Virus record (IMG/VR): IMGVR_UViG_3300005512_000283
Location: 1-26,656 of that record
Source: a virus
Lineage: Duplodnaviria > Caudoviricetes
Direction: 5' to 3' (one strand)
Length of the DNA stretch: 26,656 bases
The notes under the pieces were generated by a model. It searched no databases. It was given only the letters and a program-made list of their open reading frames with translations, and was not told the origin of the DNA. The first letter of the stretch is position 1. Every line of letters starts with the position of its first letter. A program made the translations under genes and the position numbers. Positions 16,010 to 22,942 of this stretch are shown one piece after another.

Positions 16010-16687
16010 TTACCTTACCGGGTATCTAATTTGTGAAGTACGGTACATATCTTGGCGATTTTTACCTTCTTCCAGTTGTTTAAGCATTACCATAGCGTCG
16101 TCATAACGTTTCTGGTAAATCTGGTTTACATCCGACTCGCCTTTCATAAAAGTATATGCCTCTAATAATGAGCCATATAACAAAGCCGAATCAAAATTAT
16201 CGCCCAGCCATGATGTACCTGCGGTAACAATTGACGCTGGGTAGTAGAAATAATGAAGCTCTACTGTATAGGTTGAATCTGGAGTAGGGCCAAGAATGAA
16301 AGCTGTGTCGTCAAACAGCGCGTAATGCTGCGGTAAACCCGTAGTACTAGGGTTTGGGTAAGACTCACGAATAAAACTAACGTCTTTGTTAGTCAAATAC
16401 TGATAATCGCCACTACCATCAACAACGGCAAACGAAAATGAAGACAGCCAATCTGATGGTACAGATATGTACTTGTTGCCTGTAACGCATGATGCAGTAG
16501 CATTCTTACGTAAAGCTAGAATCTGAACGCTGTTATAAATACGCTGCTCGGCTTGCTTAATAAAAGTATCAATCTGGGTCTTATCTTGGAACGTAGCAGC
16601 TGTACGGCTAGTGTCGATAACCGCTGTATCTGGAAAATCGTTTTCCACGTAAGCCTGAATTGTTTGGAACAAAGTCGCGTAGTTCAT
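16010..16687 (-). CDS. Head-tail adaptor / tail tubular-type protein (225 aa)
   Basis: FIKQAEQRI…GLPQHYA…LGPTPD…ALLYGSL pattern typical of phage adaptor proteins. Confidence 0.7.
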   Translation of the reverse strand: MNYATLFQTIQAYVENDFPDTAVIDTSRTAATFQDKTQIDTFIKQAEQRIYNSVQILALRKNATASCVTGNKYISVPSDWLSSFSFAVVDGSGDYQYLTNKDVSFIRESYPNPSTTGLPQHYALFDDTAFILGPTPDSTYTVELHYFYYPASIVTAGTSWLGDNFDSALLYGSLLEAYTFMKGESDVNQIYQKRYDDAMVMLKQLEEGKNRQDMYRTSQIRYPVR

Positions 16688-16688
16688 A

Positions 16689-17042
16689 TCAACTTATTGT
16701 TACTGTAATAGTACCAATCTCTCCAGTAGCTACTAGGTTATTTTCAAGCTCGCCGAACCCTGTTTGGTCATTAAAGCCTACCGGTGCCCAACCCCATTGA
16801 TAACTGTTGCTAGCTGGCACCGAATTATCTGGGCGCGGATTTTCAACCGCTTGTGGGTCATTAACTGGATACTTGCCCTGCTTGTTTTGTGGGTGGTCAC
16901 CCTCCCAACAAGACGGACAAACTTTTAATCCAGTTTGTTTATCATTTATCGTCGTATCTTTAAGCTCTTTAAGCTTGTATCGGAATCCACATCTATCGCA
17001 TTCGGCGATGGCGTATTTTCCAGTTGTATACATTCTTGGCAT
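16689..17042 (-). CDS. Zinc-ribbon protein (117 aa)
   Basis: CDRC…CPSC pairs; HPQ…DPQA..NPRPD. Confidence 0.8.
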   Translation of the reverse strand: MPRMYTTGKYAIAECDRCGFRYKLKELKDTTINDKQTGLKVCPSCWEGDHPQNKQGKYPVNDPQAVENPRPDNSVPASNSYQWGWAPVGFNDQTGFGELENNLVATGEIGTITVTIS

Positions 17043-17050
17043 CGCTCACC

Positions 17051-17731
17051 TCAGTAAGAAATGCGTGGCACCAGTCGAATATCCGCTTTTTCACGGTCTT
17101 CTTCCGCTGCTAACGCCCATTGCTCCTCATATGAAGCTTTAAGCATTTCAATTCGATTCATCGCATCGGGTATCTTCATAGACAAATAATAAGCTAATCC
17201 GGCTACCAAACACGGCAAAAATCTAAACGGCACATCCTGCGTATTAACACCGTTACCAGCATCCTCAAGACGGCGCAGCTTCCAATATACAAACGTATAA
17301 GTGCTGCTTTGGTCAGGAACAGGCCAGACATTAATGCTTGGGTTTGCTGCTTGGCGATCCACCCATACTTGGATTGGACGCCCCTGAGTATTCTTGTTAG
17401 GGATACTAGCGTAGGTAGATAAACTTACCCTACTGATATTAATGTCGCTCTGAGACGTACCAGTTCCGGTACGCATTACGCAGTCCATAATATCTACGGT
17501 ATCTGAGGGTAGGCTGTAATTAATCGTGCCCTGCACCATAGGGATTGTGCCTTCTTCAAAAGTCCACAAATTAATCCCACGGTTAGCCCACTCTGCTAGA
17601 AGTAAATTCAAGCTGCGGCGAGCTGTGCGTAAATCGTAACCAGTACGCAACTCTGAACCACAACGCTCAAATGCCTCTTCAACAACAGTATTAAGGTCTA
17701 AATTAAACGTAGTAGTACCAGTAGTTGCCAT
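17051..17731 (-). CDS. Head-tail connector/adaptor protein (226 aa)
   Basis: EEAFERCG…ARRSLNL..AEWANRG.NLW…GRP…WPVPD…FLPCLVAGLAY. Confidence 0.7.
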   Translation of the reverse strand: MATTGTTTFNLDLNTVVEEAFERCGSELRTGYDLRTARRSLNLLLAEWANRGINLWTFEEGTIPMVQGTINYSLPSDTVDIMDCVMRTGTGTSQSDINISRVSLSTYASIPNKNTQGRPIQVWVDRQAANPSINVWPVPDQSSTYTFVYWKLRRLEDAGNGVNTQDVPFRFLPCLVAGLAYYLSMKIPDAMNRIEMLKASYEEQWALAAEEDREKADIRLVPRISY

Positions 17732-18054
17732 TACATATTCTCAAGGTATGCGAAAATTACTAACGCCACACATGCAATCAAGAACAAAATAGCTCCAGTA
17801 TGCTTTTCTGGTGGCAGTTCTTTAGCTTGTGGTGGTGTCTTAGGTGCCGCTGGTTTACTAGGAGTATCGTCGTAATAAGCCTCAGTAACAGTAGTCACTG
17901 TACGCTTTATACCCGCTTTTTTAGCTACCTTCTTACGGTTAGCCTTTTTCTTAGTAACCTTTTTCTTGGTGACTTTCTTTTTAGTCACTTTTTTCTTTAC
18001 ATATTGTCCCTTAGCGTTACGGGCTTTGGTACGTTTCTTCTCATCTTCTGCCAT
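17731..18054 (-). CDS. Lys-rich protein with KKKVT repeats and C-terminal TM helix (107 aa)
   Basis: RNAKGQY, (KKKVT)x3, and AILFLIACVALVIFAYL; GAGGTGA SD. Confidence 0.75.
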   Translation of the reverse strand: MAEDEKKRTKARNAKGQYVKKKVTKKKVTKKKVTKKKANRKKVAKKAGIKRTVTTVTEAYYDDTPSKPAAPKTPPQAKELPPEKHTGAILFLIACVALVIFAYLENM

Positions 18055-18062
18055 AAATCACC

Positions 18063-18341
18063 TCAATACATTTTTGCTTTGCGGGTGCCTTTTTTCGCCA
18101 TACCACAGCCACGAATTTTGCCGCCACGTTTTTTAGTTACGCCACGTCCTTTTAGCACGTCAGCTTGAGTAACTTTGCCGTCACCAGTTAGATCAGGAAA
18201 AGAACCGCCGCTAGCCATTTTCATAGGCTTTTTAGCTAAACACTTACCGGCTTTTTTACAAGCCATTGGTGTTTTGCAGGATGCACAAGTTTTCATTTTG
18301 CCTTCCATCTGTTTACGCATGTTTGCGCGTGTTATAGCCAT
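18063..18341 (-). CDS. Small basic Cys-containing protein with EF-hand-like loop (92 aa; start revised to 18341)
   Basis: ATG at 18341 overlaps the upstream TGA (TGATG); CASC…C…C; DLTGDGKVTQAD loop. Confidence 0.75.
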   Translation of the reverse strand: MAITRANMRKQMEGKMKTCASCKTPMACKKAGKCLAKKPMKMASGGSFPDLTGDGKVTQADVLKGRGVTKKRGGKIRGCGMAKKGTRKAKMY

Positions 18342-18556
18342 CAATACATCTTGCACTTTTTAGTGCGTTTACAGCAACCTTCGCCACGAGGTTTAACACT
18401 ACCGCCCGGTGCGTACTTCATACTTCCACCGCAAGCCTTCTTAACTTTGCCGCTGTTTACACGGTCGTAGTATTCACGAGGGGTTTCTTCACGCTCGAAA
18501 TCACCTTTTTCAGGTGGCATTTCGTTGTCTGGATTAGCTTTCTTTTCTTTAGCCAT
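18341..18556 (-). CDS. Small basic protein (71 aa)
   Basis: TAATG-coupled; YAPGGSV…RGEGCCKRTKKCKMY. Confidence 0.75.
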   Translation of the reverse strand: MAKEKKANPDNEMPPEKGDFEREETPREYYDRVNSGKVKKACGGSMKYAPGGSVKPRGEGCCKRTKKCKMY

Positions 18557-18834
18557 TATACGTACACCACTGTTACCGAAGTTACGTCAGTCAAGTCGCA
18601 ATACGCGCTTGTTTGGCAACGAATCGGATTGTCAGAAAAGTCTATAAACTGCGTAGCGGTTGCCGCTGCTGGCGTAGCCAGATTAAGAACTGTAGAGCCG
18701 CCTGAGCCGCCGTCCTTAATAACAATGCTACCTGCTGTACCACTAGCTACATAGTAGATAGAAGCAATACGAGCAGGGCCAGCAAACACGTCACCGTCGG
18801 CAGTCAGGGTTGTTGACTTACCATCAGATCGCAT
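18556..18834 (-). CDS. Small beta-rich virion protein (92 aa)
   Basis: AGGAG SD; GPARIASIYY…DGGSGGS…; lies downstream of the capsid gene. Confidence 0.75.
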   Translation of the reverse strand: MRSDGKSTTLTADGDVFAGPARIASIYYVASGTAGSIVIKDGGSGGSTVLNLATPAAATATQFIDFSDNPIRCQTSAYCDLTDVTSVTVVYV

Positions 18835-18836
18835 GA

Positions 18837-18989
18837 TTACTCTCCTTCAGCTGGAGTTTCTTCTGCTTCAGCCTCTACGACTGGAGCTTCTTCAACCTTT
18901 TTGGTTGCTTTTTTAGCCTGTTTTGGAGCCTTTGCGCCTTGCTCAGCTAACTTAGCAAGATGCGCCTTAGCAGCTTCAGAAACTGCCAT
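18837..18989 (-). CDS. Small Ala/Lys/Glu-rich protein (50 aa; missing from ORF track)
   Basis: TAATG-coupled: MAVSEAAKAHLAKLAEQGAKAPKQAKKATKKVEEAPVVEAEAEETPAEGE*; fills the gap exactly. Confidence 0.75.
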   Translation of the reverse strand: MAVSEAAKAHLAKLAEQGAKAPKQAKKATKKVEEAPVVEAEAEETPAEGE

Positions 18990-19198
18990 TAGCTAAGAGC
19001 CGCACCAGTACAAACTACCCAAGCAGAGCCGGTAGAAATAACGATACAAACTTCGTCATCACCAGAGCCATTGTCTGTAATGATACGAGCTTGACCAATA
19101 TTAGCCGCTGAAGCTGCTGGAAGTTCTGAAGTTAATGAAACTGGGAGATTGAAACCGTTGTCAGAAACGACCGGTCCTGAAAAGTTAGTAGCTGCCAT
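18989..19198 (-). CDS. Small virion (head fibre/decoration-like) protein (69 aa)
   Basis: AGGAG SD; MAATNFSGPVVS.NGF N-terminus; LPAASAAN…STGSAW fibre-like motif. Confidence 0.75.
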   Translation of the reverse strand: MAATNFSGPVVSDNGFNLPVSLTSELPAASAANIGQARIITDNGSGDDEVCIVISTGSAWVVCTGAALS

Positions 19199-19294
19199 AT
19201 TTTGCTCCTGCCGTGTCCGGCGTCAACTTCCTGAATTAGCTAAAAACAGGAATCTATACAAATTGTACCGTTTCTTTTTAGCACATACTTTAGT

Positions 19295-19320
19295 AAATAA
19301 AAAGGGGTCCGAAGACCCCT
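19295..19320 (-). terminator. Rho-independent terminator after the major capsid gene
   Basis: Minus strand AGGGGTC-TTCG-GACCCCT-TTTTATTT: 7-bp stem, cUUCGg tetraloop and U-tract. Confidence 0.9.
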
Positions 19321-19340
19321 CTTGCTATATAAGCCTAAGC

Positions 19341-20249
19341 TTATGCACCCGGTGATCCGAAGATACCTAGTGGATCAGACCAGCCGAACGAATAACGCTC
19401 ACGAGCCTTGTAACGTACGTTACCAGTATCGAAATCGCCGTCCATGCCAGTTGACATAGCTGCACGAACAAAGTGCTTCAGACCGTTTGGAATGTCAGTG
19501 GTCAAGAACCACGCATCGTCGTCGGTCAAGAAGTGGTTAATAGTGTAACCACCCGGGATTGCACCCATGTTCGCGATTGCATTGATATCGTTGTCAGCAG
19601 TGCCAACACGACCGTCGGTCTTCAACAGACGCTCTGCAACAAACATCAAGTTTGGAGGCAGGATCAACTTCTTAGGCTTAGCAGCGATCAACAAGCCACG
19701 CTCATCGGTCCAGCCAGCAATCTGAATTACTGCTGCTTCCAATGAAGTCTCATTGAGGTCTGCTGCGGTTGCAGGCTCGTTAGAGTTAGTGCCGCCGTTG
19801 ACCAATGGGTGGTCAGTTGCGAACAACTCTTTGCCGTCACCACCAGCGTAGCTAGAGTTGAAGCCGTTATTTAAAACAGATGCAGCTTTAACTTGCTTGG
19901 TGTATGCCATACCGCGAGCCAACGCTTTGGTGTAACGAGATGACAATGAGTCATACAAGTTATCTTCAACAGCTTCTTCAGTAATTGCGAAGCCCATTGC
20001 GATGGTTTCGTGGTTATAACGAGCGGTGTACGCTTCTTGCGCATTGTCGTAAGAAATTGCAGAACCTTCCGCTTTAGTCGGTGCAGCACCGAAGCCAGAA
20101 AGTTTAGTTTCTTCTTCAAATGAACGATCAGAAGACTCGGTCTCAAAGATTTCCTTGTGCTCTTCGCCGTAACGACCATATTCCATGCCGAACAAAGCGT
20201 TGAGGCCCGGGAGGAGTTCTTTGAGTAGCTGGGCGCGTGAAATTGCCAT
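19341..20249 (-). CDS. Major capsid protein (302 aa)
   Basis: MAISRAQLLKELLPGLNALFG…SDRSFEEE…GDFDTGNVRYKARERYSFG; AAGGAG SD; position after portal/scaffold; followed by a terminator. Confidence 0.9.
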   Translation of the reverse strand: MAISRAQLLKELLPGLNALFGMEYGRYGEEHKEIFETESSDRSFEEETKLSGFGAAPTKAEGSAISYDNAQEAYTARYNHETIAMGFAITEEAVEDNLYDSLSSRYTKALARGMAYTKQVKAASVLNNGFNSSYAGGDGKELFATDHPLVNGGTNSNEPATAADLNETSLEAAVIQIAGWTDERGLLIAAKPKKLILPPNLMFVAERLLKTDGRVGTADNDINAIANMGAIPGGYTINHFLTDDDAWFLTTDIPNGLKHFVRAAMSTGMDGDFDTGNVRYKARERYSFGWSDPLGIFGSPGA

Positions 20250-20262
20250 GTTACTTTACTCC

Positions 20263-20853
20263 TTATAGACCAGCGTCACTAGTGTAACGGTGGAAACTTG
20301 GGTTGAATTTAACCAATACTGCGGTAGTAGATTCATCAGCGTTGAGACCAACAATTTTGAATGGTTTAGCAGTAGTAGCCACTGTTGCGTCTAACTGAGA
20401 GCTAGAAACACCAGTTGAAGTTGAGCCAGTTGAAGTAGACTGAACTGCTGCAAAAGTAGTGTTAGTACCTACCATTGTTTGAGTAGCAGTATCATCCAAC
20501 TCAGCTTGGAACAACACGTTAGGATCGTCAACAACGTACGCCACAATGTCGCCACCGTTAGCGGTTGCCGCTGGGTAGTATTGAGATTGGATACGCTGAC
20601 CTTGGTCGTTGGTGTATTCACAACCAACAAATACGCCCAAAGCACCTACGCCTGAACCGCCCAAGTTATTGGTGGTAGCGTCTGCGCCTGAAGCAGTTGC
20701 CAAAGCAACGTAGCCGTCAGCCCCTAGGATTACAACTTGACCGTAAAATAGGTTAGTTGCTTCACCAGCGGGGTCAATCTTGTAGTGCGTAACGGCGCCA
20801 GCATATGGCATACCGTCAGCGCGCTTTACAGGTTTTAAACCGTAAGCTGCCAT
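20263..20853 (-). CDS. Probable capsid cement/decoration protein (196 aa)
   Basis: YGLKPV…GVFVGCEYT…VVDDPNVLF; immediately upstream of the major capsid gene; GGAG SD. Confidence 0.65.
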   Translation of the reverse strand: MAAYGLKPVKRADGMPYAGAVTHYKIDPAGEATNLFYGQVVILGADGYVALATASGADATTNNLGGSGVGALGVFVGCEYTNDQGQRIQSQYYPAATANGGDIVAYVVDDPNVLFQAELDDTATQTMVGTNTTFAAVQSTSTGSTSTGVSSSQLDATVATTAKPFKIVGLNADESTTAVLVKFNPSFHRYTSDAGL

Positions 20854-20873
20854 GAGATTTTCTCCGAAAGAAA

Positions 20874-21332
20874 TTAATTACCTTGCCCGAATGTAGTCTT
20901 CGATTTGCGGTCTGCGAACAGAGGCATACGAGGATCATTCTCGCGCATGAAATTATTGTTAACAGATTCCGTCTGAGATTGAGCTTTTTTCGCGTAATAC
21001 TCATTACGCTGCTCAACAAATTCAGTTGGCATCTTGCATAACAATAAGCCTGAGACTTCGATATTGTCTTTAAAACGACTATCTGGGTCTGTAAGCATTT
21101 TAAATTTGGGTTGTTCTTCAATACGAACTGGCTCCCACCCTTCACGTAACTTTGACGATACGTTACGAGGATCAGCTTCATTCAACATTGAGGTACGTAC
21201 CCAACGATACTCATAGCCGGGCTGTTTATCTGGCTCTGGCAGGGTTGATGCCGGTTGCCACGATTTTGGTCGCTCAGCTACATCTCGTGTTTCAAGTTCG
21301 CGTGCAAGTCTAGTATTTTTCTGCTCAGTCAT
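20874..21332 (-). CDS. Conserved phage head-module protein (152 aa)
   Basis: W.PAS.LP.P…GYEYRWVR…LREGWEPV…GLLLCKMP; AAGGAG SD. Confidence 0.8.
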   Translation of the reverse strand: MTEQKNTRLARELETRDVAERPKSWQPASTLPEPDKQPGYEYRWVRTSMLNEADPRNVSSKLREGWEPVRIEEQPKFKMLTDPDSRFKDNIEVSGLLLCKMPTEFVEQRNEYYAKKAQSQTESVNNNFMRENDPRMPLFADRKSKTTFGQGN

Positions 21333-21334
21333 GG

Positions 21335-22327
21335 TTATTCTCCTTTAAGTGTCTTTGCATATTCAGCAGCGTACTGCTCTGGGGTAAGTCCCAGTTTTTT
21401 AGCCAGCGCAAGCTGAGATTGCTTTAATACGATCTTTTTTGGAGACCGACTGCGTGATGCTGGAGCAACCACATTGGCAGGTTTACTGTCGGAGTTTTTA
21501 ACGGGCTTGCCGCCCCCGTTATCCGTTTTTTCTTCCCCAAAATAATCAGGAAAATATTGGCGCATCGTTTTGTCGATGGTCTGCCAGTATTCATCAGTAC
21601 CAACATATGCTGAACCATGTTTGGCTTTAAGCTCTTGGTCAAGCCCCATAGCCATACCGGTCATCATTCTGTCAGTACCAAACCAAGGATTCTGGTCTTG
21701 CCAGTCCAAAGTTTTCTGGTCTGGCTTAACCTTAGCAGGTTGTGCCACACTTTGCTCACTATTTACCTCATCTACTTCAGCTTGTAAAGCATGAGCTGGA
21801 CGATAGTTTGCTAGCTGCTGCATCCTATAAGTGGCGTTTTGTAGTTTTTCCTGTGCTTCAACCACCGCATCAGTTTCACCTGATTCGTAAGCTTCGCGGT
21901 ATGCTCTTTTAGCCATTTCTAGCTCTAGCTCCGCAGATTGCTTATAGGTATTAAGTAATGTTTCTTCACCACTAGATAGATTTTTCTTTAACCTTTTATT
22001 CTCTTCTACGAGTTTTTTAGTTAAAGCAATAGCTTCTTGCTGCTCACGGAAAGCGCGTTCTTTTTCGCGGCGCTCATCGTGATAAATCTTTTTCATTTGC
22101 TTTAGGCGAGTCTTAACCTTATCGGAATACTCGTCTAATTCATCATTATCTACCTCGTCAACAATCTCTTTAGGTAATGGTTGACGACCACGATCTTCTT
22201 CGGGCGCGTCATCGACTACTTCAAGGTCAACTTCAGGTTTTTTATCTTCTTCAACAGGCTGTTCTTCTACTTCCTGCTCAATTTCAATTTCTAATTCGTC
22301 TTCTACTTGTTGCGCTTCTGCGTTCAT
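21335..22327 (-). CDS. Scaffolding-like protein (330 aa)
   Basis: Acidic N-terminus, long coiled coil, W…NPWFG, C-terminal AKKLGLTPEQYA; lies between portal and capsid genes; AAGGAGG SD. Confidence 0.7.
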   Translation of the reverse strand: MNAEAQQVEDELEIEIEQEVEEQPVEEDKKPEVDLEVVDDAPEEDRGRQPLPKEIVDEVDNDELDEYSDKVKTRLKQMKKIYHDERREKERAFREQQEAIALTKKLVEENKRLKKNLSSGEETLLNTYKQSAELELEMAKRAYREAYESGETDAVVEAQEKLQNATYRMQQLANYRPAHALQAEVDEVNSEQSVAQPAKVKPDQKTLDWQDQNPWFGTDRMMTGMAMGLDQELKAKHGSAYVGTDEYWQTIDKTMRQYFPDYFGEEKTDNGGGKPVKNSDSKPANVVAPASRSRSPKKIVLKQSQLALAKKLGLTPEQYAAEYAKTLKGE

Positions 22328-22338
22328 TTTGTGCCTCC

Positions 22339-22752
22339 TTAGGCTCTAGAAATACCGCGTGGGTCTTCAACTACACCTTCAACCGCGTCGTCATTAATGA
22401 TTCTGAACTCTCTGCCATGAATCTTTACGCGAGTACCGGCGTGTGGGCGTACAAGGACGAAATCGCCTTCTTTACACCATGGGCCAGTAGGGAATCGGTC
22501 TTTGTCTTTGTAACAATCTGGACCAAGCTTCATAACGAATAACACTGTGGTTAACAGCTCTTCGTTTTTCATAGTTACATCGGCTTTAATAATTCCGCTG
22601 TCACCGTGAGTCTGCTCAATCTCAGGTACTGCGCAAAGAACGCGATACCCTGACGGATCAGGTAGTTGTTTCGCCTTTTGTGCTTCGCCTTCTGGCAAAG
22701 TTGTTACGGCTTCTGGGTTGTTTGGGTCCGTACCCAATAGAATGTCAGTCAT
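22339..22752 (-). CDS. groES: Phage-encoded GroES/Cpn10-like co-chaperonin (137 aa)
   Basis: P.GYRVL…SGII mobile loop…V.KLGPD…KEGDFVL…AGTRVKI.G.EFRIINDD.V.GVV matches the Cpn10 pattern. Confidence 0.85.
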   Translation of the reverse strand: MTDILLGTDPNNPEAVTTLPEGEAQKAKQLPDPSGYRVLCAVPEIEQTHGDSGIIKADVTMKNEELLTTVLFVMKLGPDCYKDKDRFPTGPWCKEGDFVLVRPHAGTRVKIHGREFRIINDDAVEGVVEDPRGISRA

Positions 22753-22939
22753 CGAATTCCTCCATCCGTTTTGACATTTGAAAAATTATGTCGTTTGCAA
22801 TGTTTAATCCACGGATTACACCGCAAGCGTGTCTGTAGTCTTCATAAGACTTCGCGTTCCCTCGCGACATGTCTTCTGAAATAACTTTTCGCTCTTCTTC
22901 TATCGCATTCGATAGATACTCAAGCAGGTCTCCACTCAT
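22745..22939 (-). CDS. Small helical protein between portal and GroES (64 aa)
   Basis: YEDYRHACGVIRGL motif; GAGG SD. Confidence 0.8.
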   Translation of the reverse strand: MSGDLLEYLSNAIEEERKVISEDMSRGNAKSYEDYRHACGVIRGLNIANDIIFQMSKRMEEFDD

Positions 22940-22942
22940 TTA

